Assembly: GCA_951406725.2 (NCBI GenBank)
Contig: OX597815.1
Span: 94,240,001-94,304,000 of the forward strand
Source of the DNA: Octopus vulgaris
Taxonomy: Eukaryota
Reading direction: 5' to 3'
Length of the DNA: 64,000 nucleotides
Shown piece after piece: positions 28,035 through 40,790 of this stretch. The position numbers and the translations under genes were made by a program. The notes beneath the pieces are model-generated. The model was given only the letters and a program-made list of their open reading frames with translations. It had not been told where the DNA came from and searched no databases. Numbering within the stretch: position 1 is the first letter of the stretch; each line of letters opens with the position of its first letter.

Positions 28035-28175
28035 TGAGTGTATTTTACCTTGTTAACAATTAACACGGATAAATGAATGAATAGTTACCAGGGCAGCAAA
28101 ATCTCACAAGTAAAGATGTTGTAACTCCTTGTTTATAAAGGTTGAAACTTCGTGTTTACGTTGAATATTTGAATA

Positions 28176-28420
28176 ATAGGAATAAAAAATGGAGTCAACG
28201 CAGGTTTAAACAAGTATTTTTTCTTTCTACATATGTTTCAAAAATTCCACTGATACTTATTCAAAAGAATAAAAGGTATAAACAATGCAATCTTCTCTTC
28301 GAAGAGAAGATTGCATTGTTTATACCTTTTATTCTTTTGAATAAGTATCAGTGGAATTTTTGAAACATATGTAGAAAGAAAAAATACTTGTTTAAACCTG
28401 CGTTGACTCCATTTTTTATT

Positions 28421-28425
<5 letters not shown>
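28176..28425. repeat. Perfect spacer-less 250-bp palindrome
   Basis: 125-bp arms are exact reverse complements, centred at CTCTTC|GAAGAG (28300/28301). Confidence 0.95.
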
Positions 28426-28455
<30 letters not shown>

Positions 28456-28618
28456 GTTATCGCCATACTAATATGGCATTCTTATAAAAATAAGAATAAA
28501 GCTGTCCGCTTATTAGCTCCATGAGGCCATCGCCTTAAGTTAGCTATTTGATACACAAACTGTATCCATATAACCTTCGAACAAGGGAGGTCAGTCGCTC
28601 CACACTACTTGACCGACA

Positions 28619-28660
28619 GCTACAGACGCGTTTCGGGGTATTGCCCCTTTTCAATGTAGC
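28619..28660 (-). ncRNA. Hammerhead ribozyme, type I minimal, U3:A8 core
   Basis: GCUACA-UUGAAAA-GGGG-CAAUA-CCCC-GAA-ACGCGU-C/UGUAGC. Confidence 0.75.
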
Positions 28661-28979
28661 GTAGTCAGACCAGTAGGTGTCGCTTCTGACAATCTCTGTT
28701 CGAAGGTTTTATTTACCTAGTTTCGGTGGAATACATCCACTTGTTTTCAATAATAGAAATATTAAAATTACTAAGTCTCTCTAAAAGAGACACGGCAGCG
28801 TTCCCGGAAAATAATAGTTATCGCCATACTAATATGGCATTCTTATAAAAATAAGAATAAAGCTGTCCGCTTATTAGCTCCATGAGGCCATCGCCTTAAG
28901 TTAGCTATTTGATACACAAACTGTATCCATATAACCTTCGAACAAGGGAGGTCAGTCGCTCCACACTACTTGACCGACA

Positions 28980-29019
28980 GCTACAGACGCGTTTCGGGTA
29001 TTGCCCTTTTCAATGTAGC
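28980..29019 (-). ncRNA. Hammerhead ribozyme, second tandem copy
   Basis: As at 28619, but stem II is GGG/CCC. Confidence 0.72.
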
Positions 29020-29328
29020 GTAGTCAGACCAGTAGGTGTCGCTTCTGACAATCTCTGTTCGAAGGTTTTATTTACCTAGTTTCGGTGGAATACATCCACT
29101 TGTTTTCAATAATAGAAATATTAAAATTACTAAGTCTCTCTAAAAGAGAACACGACAGCGTTCCCGGAAAATAATAGTTATCGCCATACTAATATGGCAT
29201 TCTTATAGAGAGACTTAGTAATTTTAATATTTCTATTATTGAAAACAAGTGGATGTATTCCACCGAAACTAGGTAAATAAAACCTTCGAACAGAGATTGT
29301 CAGAAGCGACACCTACTGGTCTGACTAC

Positions 29329-29370
29329 GCTACATTGAAAAGGGGCAATACCCCGAAACGTGTCTGTAGC
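29329..29370 (+). ncRNA. Hammerhead ribozyme, inverted copy
   Basis: GCTACA-TTGAAAA-GGGG-CAATA-CCCC-GAA-ACGTGT-C/TGTAGC. Confidence 0.7.
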
Positions 29371-29589
29371 TGTCGGTCAAGTAGTGTGGAGCGACTGACC
29401 TCCCTTGTTCGAAGGTTATATGGATACAGTTTGTGTATCAAATAGCTAACTTAAGGCGATGGCCTCATGGAACTAATAAGCGGACAGCTTTATTCTTATT
29501 TTTATAAGAATGGCATATTAGTATGGCGATAACTATTATTTTCCGGGAACGCTGCCGTGTTCTCTTTTAGAGAGACTTAGTAATTTTAA

Positions 29590-29653
<64 letters not shown>

Positions 29654-29822
29654 TAGTTGAGTGAATTATCCTACCCGGGTAGCAAATTTACGTCAGAAAA
29701 CACTGTTGAAGCTACATGCCAAGGGCAGAAATCACGTGCTTTCGTGTGGAAATTTGTGTGATTTTTTACTATAAATAAATGAAAGAATGGAGTCGAACGA
29801 CGATTTAACAAAATTCCTTTAT

Positions 29823-29903
29823 TCTCGACTTATGTTTCGAAGACTGCATATTCTTAATTCCGAAGGAATAAAGGGTGCATTATGCCGACTTCTCATCAGG
29901 AAA
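29823..29903 (-). ncRNA. Hammerhead-like motif, canonical core, long stem II
   Basis: UUUC-CUGAUGA-GAAGUCGGCAUA...UAUGCAGUCUUC-GAA-ACAUAAGU-C/GAGA, within a unit at 29655-29940 related to 28065-28300. Confidence 0.55.
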
Positions 29904-29959
29904 GACAAGGAACTTATGTCAGCATCATGACGAACAAAAACTTTCATTTATATATATAT

Positions 29960-30020
29960 ATATATGCATACATACAAGCACATACACATAGACACATATG
30001 GGCATGTATATATGTATATG

Positions 30021-30074
<54 letters not shown>

Positions 30075-30116
30075 CATACATACAAGCACATACACATAGA
30101 CACATATGGGCATGTA

Positions 30117-30170
<54 letters not shown>

Positions 30171-30233
30171 TGCATACATACAAGCACATACACATAGACA
30201 CATATGGGCATGTATATATGTATATGTATATAT

Positions 30234-30282
<49 letters not shown>

Positions 30283-30290
30283 CATATGAA
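29960..30290. repeat. Compound tandem repeat (3x ~50-bp unit separated by (TA)n)
   Basis: GCATACATACAAGCACATACACATAGACACATATGGGCATGTATATATGTATA occurs three times. Confidence 0.85.
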
Positions 30291-30426
30291 CAAATATGTA
30301 TCTAACGGATAGAATAACGAGTACTCATTATTGGGTAAAGATTGTATATATTTAACATTAGGTTGCGGCGAAACTAATATACATTTATACATTCATACAT
30401 ATATGTATATATGTGCTTGTGAGTCT

Positions 30427-30490
<64 letters not shown>

Positions 30491-32425
30491 GCGAAGTGAT
30501 TCCATACGTTTTCTGCCTTGCAAATTTCTCTTACAAAGCTGGATATAGTAGAATTTATTTATCTATTGTGTTTTATAGTGTGATAGGACACTGATCCACG
30601 TTGTTTTGAAGTATATTTCTTGACCAGCAATCATGATTGCATTAAGAAACAAATTGTACGTTCTATCTTTAATTTTGGAGCAAGTATAGCAAACAAAACT
30701 GGCTGCATTTAATGTGTTACTAATTTTAGTGCAAGTGAGATAGATAGACAGAGAGGGAGAAAGAAAGAGAGCGAAAGAAGGAGAGAGAGAAAGAGAGAAG
30801 CAATTGAAAATAAGAAGAAATAAAAGAAGAGCTTTTTCAGAATCTCCAAATCAGACAGACAGACGAATTCATTTACTTTTCGAAGCAGGACCTCGAAGCA
30901 AATAAGACTACAAATTATGGCATGTAAATATTAGGCTGACAAACCCAAGACCCACAGTGCTAAAGAAAGACTTATTTCACGTTCTTATGACGTCAGCGAG
31001 CCAAATACATGTAAAGGATAGGTGATAGAGGGGAAAAGAAAAAACGTATACACAATAGGGGAAATTAGTAAAAATGTTATAATTTTGGTGATTGGGCTTA
31101 GAAGGAGAGGTAGGGAGGAAGACTATCAGATATTGTTTAAATCAGCAGCACAATTCGAAACCCCGAGTTCAATGAATAAATCAAAACTTTCATCTTCAAC
31201 ACAGGTGCTATGTAATATATACGTCGTTAATAACCACAAATACATATAGACATGAATAGGGATAAATTATAGTGAAAACTCAGAAACTGTGTATCTATGT
31301 AGAAACAGGTACGCACACACACACATAGACATCAAAATCTATGTATATATACATACATATATATGTATGTGAGTGTGTGCGTGTGTGTGTGTGTATGAAT
31401 GTACATGCACACGCCCCTTCCCAACACACACACATATATATACTTACATACATGCATGCATTCGTTCATATATGCATGCATATATGCTCTCCAATACATA
31501 GCATACAAACGCGTACGTGTGCGGCACATCCACACATACACACACTCACACAAGTGTACGTGTGTATCCGTATATGTGTGTATATGAATGCGAGCGTGTG
31601 AGTGTGTGAGTATGCGTGAGTGCGAATGTGTCAAATATTCTATAAACAACTCCAAGAAATAATATCCTCGTCACCCACTTAGATTAATAGAAGGGTGAAA
31701 TAGAAGTTGTCTCGTCAACAATCAGAATTGTTTTCTCCACTTGTAAATGACAAACCGAAAATAAACAGAAATATAGAAAGTAAAAAAATAAGCAATGCTA
31801 TACGAATTGTTGAGCGGAAATTGGGAAAAAATGTTAGTCACAAGGAAAATAAAACACTACAGAATATAAATCGTTGGGGAAAAGAAATGTTTAGAGAAAG
31901 CTGTTTTAGTTTGTGTTTGTGTAGAAAATAAAAACCAAAAGAAATGACTAAGAACTCTTTGAAATCACTGAAAAACCATTAATCATCTATGTTCTTGGTT
32001 TGAATATAGGCTGTGGAAGCCGGTAGAAATAGTCTCCAGTCTAAAACATTAATTGCAATGATGCTGGTAATATCTGAATCTCTCTCTCTCTTTGTTATAT
32101 ATATGTTTAATATTTTTATTTTGCCTTAACTTTTATTTCTGCTTCTCATCTATCTGTCTGTCTGTTTGTCTCTCTTGCATGTATGCATCATTTATATACA
32201 TGCATATACATACACACATATATTATATATATATCTATATAAGCACACATGCATACATTCATACATATATACATACATACATACATACATGCATACATAC
32301 ATACATACATACATATATGAATACATACATTTATACTTACATACATACATACATGCAAGCTACATATATACAGGTATATAAGATATATAGATACATGCAA
32401 ATACACACACACTCACACACGTATA

Positions 32426-32464
<39 letters not shown>

Positions 32465-34144
32465 TACAAATATCTATCTTTCTCTATCTATCCGTCCGTT
32501 ATCAATCTATCCTTTCTGCACACTTTCCAATCTTTTTTCCTTCTTTTCTTCTAATATTATTTCCTTACTCCATTCTTTGATTTCTATTTATTTTTTTCAC
32601 TTTCCAAAAGATTGTTCTTCATTCTTCGTCCTTTATTCCATAATCTTCTCTTCCTTCTGACTTTGTCTTTTTAAAAAGAGATCCTTTGTTTCAGTTCTTC
32701 TTTGTTTCTCTTATCAGACGTTGATGTTTTGCAGTTAAGTACAAATCGATTAAATGAAATTCAGTGAGAAATAGAGAAAGAGATTGAATGAATACACAGT
32801 ATATTACTGGTAATGATATTATATAAATCAGAAAGATGAGAGATAAAATGGGATTTGAAGAGAGATTACTGAGAGACATCATTCAGTCTGTGGTATACCA
32901 TCACAATCAGCACTTATAACAACTACAATTGCACACAACAACAATAGCACCACTACCACCACCACCACCACCACCACCACCACCACCACCACAAAAAACA
33001 ACGACAGCAGCAACAACAACAACAACAATCACGACGACCACAAGAACTTCAGCAGCAACAATACCACAATCACCAGCAACAACGAGCACAACAACATCAC
33101 CATCACCACTACGACGACCACCACGACCACCACAACGACAATTCTAACCATTGTTTTTTCAATCGCTCTTTGTTTTTTCCCTTGTTCTTATTCTTTACCC
33201 GTTGTCTCACTTTTTATATTTTCTTCGGTCGTTACTTTCTTCATCACAATTATGCTTTACTATTTTTTTTGCATCAGTTTATCTTTTTGTTTTATTTCTA
33301 TTATCTCTTCAGTTTATTTTTTCATCCTTATTTTTTTTCTTTGGTATATATTCTTTTTTTTTTTTTTTACTGAAACACTTTATAAATCTATTTTCCTTCT
33401 GTGATCTACTCGTTTCCAGCAATCAATACAGTTTACCTTTTGTCGACAACAAACCATTTGTCTTTCTGATATGAAACCATAAAAAAAATACATATATAAA
33501 AAATATATATATATACCATTTCTATTATCTCGATCGTTGCCGCAGAATAAATCGTGGAAAGAAACAGTATATATTTCTCTTTGTTTTGAGTTATCATCAT
33601 TTCTTTCACACACACACACACACGTACACACGTACACACATACACACACAAAAAAACCTAATAAACCTAAAAAAACACTAACTCTTAAAATAGCAGTCTT
33701 CGATCAGCAGGAAACTTTAGAATCATCAAAGAAATATATCAAAAGTAAACCATAGAACTTAAGATTGGGAATATAGATCAAAAGTTGAATCATTGCATTA
33801 GTAAAACAGGTAATATCAGTTCCAAAATGAAATCTTTGAAGTTTTGCATTTTCTGCCAGTATTTAAAATGGTTTTTAGCAGTTCAGGTAGATCAAGTCTT
33901 TTGACATTCTGTTAGTTGCATGAATCTCATCTGAGGCTGAAATGACACCTTAAACCCAAAACATATATCGAGTCAAAGAAGCAAATTATAAATGGTCTTT
34001 TAACTTGCTAAAATTAGTAGTCAAAGACCCCTCGAACTACTAAGGGAGGGACAGATTTGATACTGTAGAGTTACGTAATCCTAAAAAAGATGGAAAGATT
34101 ATCAACCAAGATGCCTCTAATCGACCAGCATTTGCCTACGAATA

Positions 34145-34177
<33 letters not shown>

Positions 34178-34250
34178 AACAACAACAATAACAACAACAA
34201 TCACAGTGCCAAGAGCAAACCATCGCATTTTTTTGGCTGTATTTTCATAA

Positions 34251-34370
34251 GGCGTAGCTGTGTGTTCAGTCTCACGGCGTGGTACCTTGGGCAAGTGTAT
34301 TCTACTATAGCCTCGAGCCGACCAAAGCCTAGTGTGTGGATTTGGCAGACGGAAAATGAAAGAAGTCGAA

Positions 34371-34420
<50 letters not shown>

Positions 34421-34493
34421 GTATCTATCTTATCTAACTATCTATCTATATCTATCTATCCATGTATGTATGTATGTATGTATGTATGTATCC

Positions 34494-34557
<64 letters not shown>

Positions 34558-34870
34558 GTCTGTCTGTCTGTCTGTCTGGCTGTCTGTCTGTCTGTCTGTC
34601 TGGCTGTCTGTATGTATGTATGCATGTATGTATGTGTATATATATATCTATGTGTGTGTCTTTGTGTTAGTCCCCGCACCGTATGACAATCGGTGTTGGT
34701 GTGTCTGCATCCCTGCAACTGAACCTTTCAGCAAAAAAGACTTATACAATAGTACCAAGCTTAAACCAGAAGTGCTGGAGTCGATTCATTCGACTAAAAT
34801 TTCAATGCGGTACCCCAGCTTGGCCGCAATCTAATGACTGAAACAAGTGAAAGATAAAAGATAAAAGATA
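34251..34870 (+). mobile_element. SINE family A with internal (CTAT)n
   Basis: CCTTGGGCAAGTGTATTCTACTATAGCCTCG..CCGACCAAAGCC; tail GGCCGCAATCTAATGACTGAAACAAGT. Confidence 0.8.
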
Positions 34871-35725
34871 ACTTTGTAATTATTTATTATTGTAAGTTAT
34901 TCAAATAGTTTTTTTTTATTGACTTCATAATCACAATTGTGATCTATCAAGTTATTCTTAAGTCTGCAATCTGTTCACAACATTGAAGCAGATGTTGTAA
35001 ACAGACACATATTTATTAGTAATATAAGATGCTTGTGTGAGATGACGAAGATAGCGGACCATCTGTTTAAATAAGTAATAATATTTTAGTTACGGAATTC
35101 TATAATTTGATTTCGCATTCCACTTTTCTTTTGCATTTGATATTTCAGTGAAAGCAGCGTTTGTATAGATGAAGACGTGGCTGTTTGGTTTCGGGCTCAG
35201 ACCCACTTCTCACCCGGGTCGATCAATAGCTTGTGACTGAATTTCGCAGGTCATGCAATATGTTATACATTTAATTTATTTAAGAATTTTAAAATCACAA
35301 CTCTTTCTATTTTGATATATTTAAAATATTTAAATATATCGCTTATGTTATTTCCAGTATTTTCAAATATTTAACTGAATACACTTTCAAATTAGCTATG
35401 TTTCTATATATTGAGCACTGTTGTGCTATACACAACCATAAGTCAATAAAATATAAGCATATATTGCAGGATTTAATTTCATATCTCGCTTCTTACTAAC
35501 GAAAAGGGGTCACTTTTAAAGTCAATCTATTCGCATGTAATCTCCGAGAATGGTTGTAAGTATGGTTGCGTTACACACATTTTGTTGTTCCGCTTGTGTC
35601 ATTTCGATTTACAAAAACACGTTTCTTTATGATTATAAGATTTCTAATCTCCACAAATGATTTTGTATGTAAATAACTTCGAGATCTGGAATATATGTAC
35701 AAGCAATTTGTTTATAAGATTTAAT

Positions 35726-35839
<114 letters not shown>

Positions 35840-36101
35840 GCACGCACGCATGCGCACACATTATAAGCGCGCACGTAGGTATTCACGTATAGATAAATAA
35901 GACCCCGAACACGTTAGTAATTCTGACAAATATTTTGTAGATGGAACGAAAATATTATCTCAGAGCATTAACAAAGAACATCAACGGATTGCGCGTATGT
36001 GTGTGTGTGTATATATATATACACACACATATGTGTGTATGTGTATACATACATATGTATATGTGTATACATATACATGGATACAAATATATATATGTAT
36101 A

Positions 36102-36137
<36 letters not shown>

Positions 36138-37204
36138 TATGAGTAGTATTACATAAAAATGCAAAGGCTTCTTAAAGTGCCTGCCACGAACAAAAATACA
36201 TCTGGTGATACATATATCAAAATATATGCACAATCCAGTGCTCAAAATAAGTAAAACTGATCACTGCAAAATTTGTGTAGACTATATTCTGGTCGTCTGT
36301 GGTTCCAACTATTACCATTATCAATCATGCATGTTACTTTATGTTTGTTATTGATCGAAAAAATTATTGCCACTGAAAACCACCATCGTAAGTAATGATT
36401 ATTACTGTCACTAAACTGTTAAATATGAGTATCTTCTAACATGATTATTATTTGAAAAAAAAAAAAATTAAAAACGAAAGAGGTTATAAACAACTTTTTA
36501 ATATCTAAATTAATTGACATTCATCACATGTTCATAATGACGACAACAGACAAATCAAATATGAATGGCAACACACCTGGTAGAATTAATATTTCAGTAA
36601 TAAATACAAGCTTTAACAAATAGATATCACATTGATTACATGCATTTAGCTCTGAATAGTAAATAATTAGTGCATATTTAGAAATATTAATCAGAAGTGC
36701 CATTGAATGACATCCACTGATATATTACGCTTTTTTTTTTCTTCATACAATGTAATGGCTAATGTAAGTTTAACCTCAAACAGAACACCTGTGAATAGAG
36801 AATAATTTTTACGCTAGCATCAAATGTCATAATTCTTCACAGGAAAAGTGTGAACATTTTAGTTTGGAAAGTTTTCTTATATCTCTCTTTTCAATATTAA
36901 CTTACATTCCTTTTCAGTCTGAGTTTAAATTACATTTGATCGAGTTTAGCATTTAATTATCCTGGATTGGGAAATTAAATGCCGTTCCATTGCCGCATTA
37001 GGCTTCATTCATTCCCTTCTCATGACAAATAATGTGCAATAGAGGTGAGACAGCCTAAGGAAGGAGGTTTATTCCCAGCTCAGCCATCATTAAATAGAAC
37101 AATGATAAAAATTGTTCCAGCCTTTATCATTCTGTCTTTTACGAGGCATAGTGTGTCTCGGACAATATTATGTCGAATCGCTATGGAGTATTGTTCTCAT
37201 GTGA

Positions 37205-37460
37205 GGGTGTATGGTCTACTGGTTAGGGTGTTGCATTCACAATCGGGGTTTCAGTTCTTGGACCGGTTGGTACGTTGTGTTTTTGAGCAAAACAATCTCA
37301 CGTTACTCTGAGATCACTTCGATGCCTGACGTGAGGTACACTGTGCACCAGTTCAGGCAAAATCTATTTGGTGGAAGGAGTGAGCTAATGTACAGTGCAG
37401 ACACTTGATCCCTATAAACAAATCGTTTGTGCAGGTTGTTCAGCAAGAAATTGCAGAACT
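37205..37460 (+). mobile_element. Degenerate tRNA-derived SINE
   Basis: TGGTCTACTGGTTAGGGTG..TTCAGTTCTTGGACC..TTGTGTTTTTGAGCAAAACA. Confidence 0.5.
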
Positions 37461-38942
37461 ATCTTTCTCGGGATACGAGAGGCAGCCACCATTGTTCTCA
37501 TACCTACTGCACACACAGATAACATAGACTAAATCCAGAAAAGAGCCACTCGATTGGTTGGCATAAAGTCATTTATAGATACGGTCCAACATCTGGCCTA
37601 CAGGCATACTATCTCATCTATGCCTTTTCTATTGCTAGTATAATGATTTCTGTTTCTTGAGGCTGGCTAGGTCCATGTCATCTCCTCCCAGGCATTCCTG
37701 ACCCATTTGTCTCTTTCCCTTCCACCACCTTTGTGGTGTCTAACCTCCAGGCCCTGCATTAATCACTACGCTCAGTCATACCTCTGCAGAACATCGGCCC
37801 TCTGGATATCATACAAATTCATATAAATGCTCAAGAGAAACATCAATAGCATCAACCTCACCAGTCTGAAAGGACTAGTGAAGGCCATGGACATTGCAAG
37901 TAAAAGAAAAAAAACCCAAAAAACAAAAACCTTGATTTGGGGGATATTTGACCACTCTTTCTAGCAACAGCTCAGTCAGAGACAGGAAAAAAGGAAGAAA
38001 AGTTTCTAATTCTTGGAACAGTGTTAACCACATTGATCCCATCTGTTTCAGTGAATCTGCGAAGGCAACAAGCATTCCGTCTTTCAGTATACAAAACCAA
38101 AAACTCTCTTCTCATAAAAGACCAAAAGACAGATTAAGCCTGTCAAGCAAGTGTTTCGTCACAACTTCTTTCTAACAAATGTTTCTCACAAAGCACGGTG
38201 GCTAATAGTCCGAGGCTACCAGCCAAAGACATACCCAAAGTGAAGCGCTATGGGACCGAACTGGATACAACGTGGTTTCAAAGCAAAATCTTTAATCGTA
38301 TAGTCATGAGTACAGTATTGGGGCTATAATTGCATATTTTCACCAGTCTTAGTCTTGTCAAGATCCCCAACCGATATTACCTCTCCCTGGTAAGAATGTA
38401 GAAGTAAAGCTTTCCTAAAAATTAATGGCAATTTGACTTTCTGAATTCAAAACTACGCTCATGCATATTTCACATGCTTTTCATCTGGAAGGTCATGCAC
38501 ATTTTACTCTTTCATGGGTAGGTTTCTTGATTATGAATTGGCATGTGGGCAACACTGGATATCTTAGACACTACCAAGAAAACTTCACCCGCCATCCTTC
38601 ACTTGTTACAGTGCTCACATAAAGGAGGGCATTGGTCAGTTTCTACACTCTGCTGATGCTATCCTAGATAGATCATATGAAAATATAAACGTGGCAATCC
38701 TGGGAGGAAAATTGTGATCATAGGGCTACTGAGACAAAATTCCATTCATACCACAACCAATTCTGGCAGAAAAAATATTTCAAATAAGGATGTGGTTACA
38801 GTGCTGGTGCAATCTCGTTAATGTCGGGGATTTCACTTATTTGTATACGACATTTAGAGGATATGTTTACTCACATCCGCTTCTTTCTTGTTAGGACTGT
38901 ACACCAGACTGGAAGAACTCATGGGTTTATTGTATTGAAAAG

Positions 38943-39048
38943 ATGATAATGATGATGATGAATGTGATGATGATGGTAATGATGATTGTGCTGCTGCTGC
39001 TGCTGATGTTGATGATGATGACGATGACGATGATGCTGTTGCTGTTGT

Positions 39049-39101
<53 letters not shown>

Positions 39102-39170
39102 TTGCTGTTGTTGTTGTTGTTGATGATGATGATGGTGGTGGTGGTGTCGTTGGTGATGATGATGATAAGA
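38943..39170. repeat. (GAT/GCT/GTT)n trinucleotide tract
   Basis: Direct inspection. Confidence 0.9.
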
Positions 39171-39690
39171 AATGAGAACTTGCTGACAACAGCTTCTGTC
39201 TAACTTTTTTAAACAATCTTAAAATATTCCACTGCAATATCAAAACTTGAGTGATGGAACTGGCAGAGTTGCTACAGAACCGGATCAGAGCATGTTTACA
39301 CCTTCAAAAATAAGGAATACTGGTGGTTCATTGTAATAAAAACAATAATTTAACGCAAACAAAATTAGAACATCTATGGTGAATTAATACAAAACTTATA
39401 GCTCTTATATCCGGACCATAGATTCTCATAGGTATACTGGATTAAGTAACAACAGGTTTAAAAGAAAGCTTGGAAACGTTGGGAATTTTCATGAAAGAAT
39501 AAAGCTATCTGCTTCCCGTCCTCCGAATCCAATCGATTTGTGATGCAGTGAGAGTTTTAAAAGTTTCATTTGACTTTCATGGAATGACCTTATACACACA
39601 GTCTCTCTGTCTATCTGTCTCTCTCTCTCTCTCTTTCACACATACATACACATATGAATGTTAAAGATATGTATTTCGATTATATCAGTA

Positions 39691-39749
<59 letters not shown>

Positions 39750-39755
<6 letters not shown>

Positions 39756-40790
39756 GTAAAAAGTGAAAAAACTACAGAAGGCTTGTTTTAAAAGGTTAAA
39801 AATATATATATTTGAGTCAATATGTCTGAAGAATGTTATAAATTTTTTCTTACAATGACATAGTTTAGAAGAAATGACCGGTTTCACATTCAGCTTTTCA
39901 AATTTCTTACATACTTATGTTTACGTTGAGACGAGTTATCATTATGTTTATGTTGAGAAGAGTTCTAGATAAGGGGAGGTAATAGGTGATTTCTTCCGGT
40001 GTAAGGGAGATAATCGTTTAAAATTTTTTGCCTTTCCTTTGGAGTGAATTTCTCTGTATAAGTATGTTGGAATGGTTAAGTCTGGGCTTGTACTTTTCAA
40101 TGAAGAATGTTTCCTTGTTTAGTCTAATTTGCGTTGGTGTTCCGATAGCACATTGGTAAAATGGAAAGATTAAAAATTGTGGTAGTAGTTGCTTTGCGCA
40201 TTTCTCAATGTGCTCACTAAAAGGTATCATTCTGTATTCTGGGAATGCAATCTGTTGTCGATGCAGTGTGCATCTACGTCTGAGTGATAGTCCCGTGGAT
40301 CCCACGTAGTCTTGGTGGCAGCCCGAGCATTTTATGACATAAATTATGTTTTCAGAGGCACAAGTAAAATTAGATTTGATCTTGAATTTCTGTCCCTCTT
40401 TGAAGAGGAATTCTGATCCTTCTAGCAGGTTTGGACATGTTGCACAGTTCGGTCTACCACATTTTTTTACTTTTGCATCCGTAATTTCAGAAAACAATTT
40501 TGCCTTTGTGAGAATCTTTTTAAGTGATTTAGGTTGTTTGTAGCTTTTAATGATTTGGTATATGTTTAGAATTTCCTTTAATTCGGGGTCCTTATGAAGT
40601 ATTGGTAAATTCTGGGTGATGATGGTGAAGGCTTCTTTGTTTCTGGGGTTGTATGTGGATATGTAACTCACATGCACGTATTCACAATTACTTAGAACTG
40701 TCTTAATTGAAAGATGTCTTGTCATTTTCTTGCTGACCATATTGAAATCTGCGAAGAACTTTAGTAAATCTCGAAGAAAAAGATAAGTAA
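39750..40790 (-). mobile_element. Penelope-like element 3' end; open GIY-YIG endonuclease ORF (40018-~40780)
   Basis: STYNPRN..KQPKSLKKILTKAK..CGRPNCATC..NFTCASENIIYVIKCSGCHQDYVGSTGLSLRRRCTLH..RLNKETFFIEKYKPRLN (Cys-rich linker + GIY-YIG). Flanked by TA-rich tracts. Confidence 0.92.
39869..39908 (-). ncRNA. Hammerhead ribozyme, type I minimal, U3:A8 core, in Penelope 3' region
   Basis: AAGAAAU-UUGAAAA-GC-UGAAU-GU-GAA-ACCGGU-C/AUUUCUU: perfect 7-bp stem I, palindromic stem III, GUC site. Confidence 0.7.

Larger units (their letters stand above)
28451..29597. mobile_element. Retrozyme/Penelope-pLTR-like array: two tandem ~361-bp units + partial third + one inverted unit
   Basis: Units start at 28451, 28812 and 29172; inverted permuted monomer at ~29208-29597. 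One HHR per unit; flanked by (TA)n; no ORF. Confidence 0.8.

Noticed and set aside
28451-29597. Repeat array as CRISPR or plain satellite
   Set aside because: No repeat-spacer structure and the DNA is eukaryotic; only about three long units, one of them inverted.
30988-30995. TGACGTCA CRE-like site (also ~22369)
   Set aside because: An isolated 8-mer with no promoter context; expected by chance.
33437-33465. Possible minus-strand 29-nt exon (CAG|...KDKWFVVDK...AG|GTAAAC)
   Set aside because: Weaker donor, not a multiple of 3, and on the opposite strand to the better candidate; such matches arise by chance.
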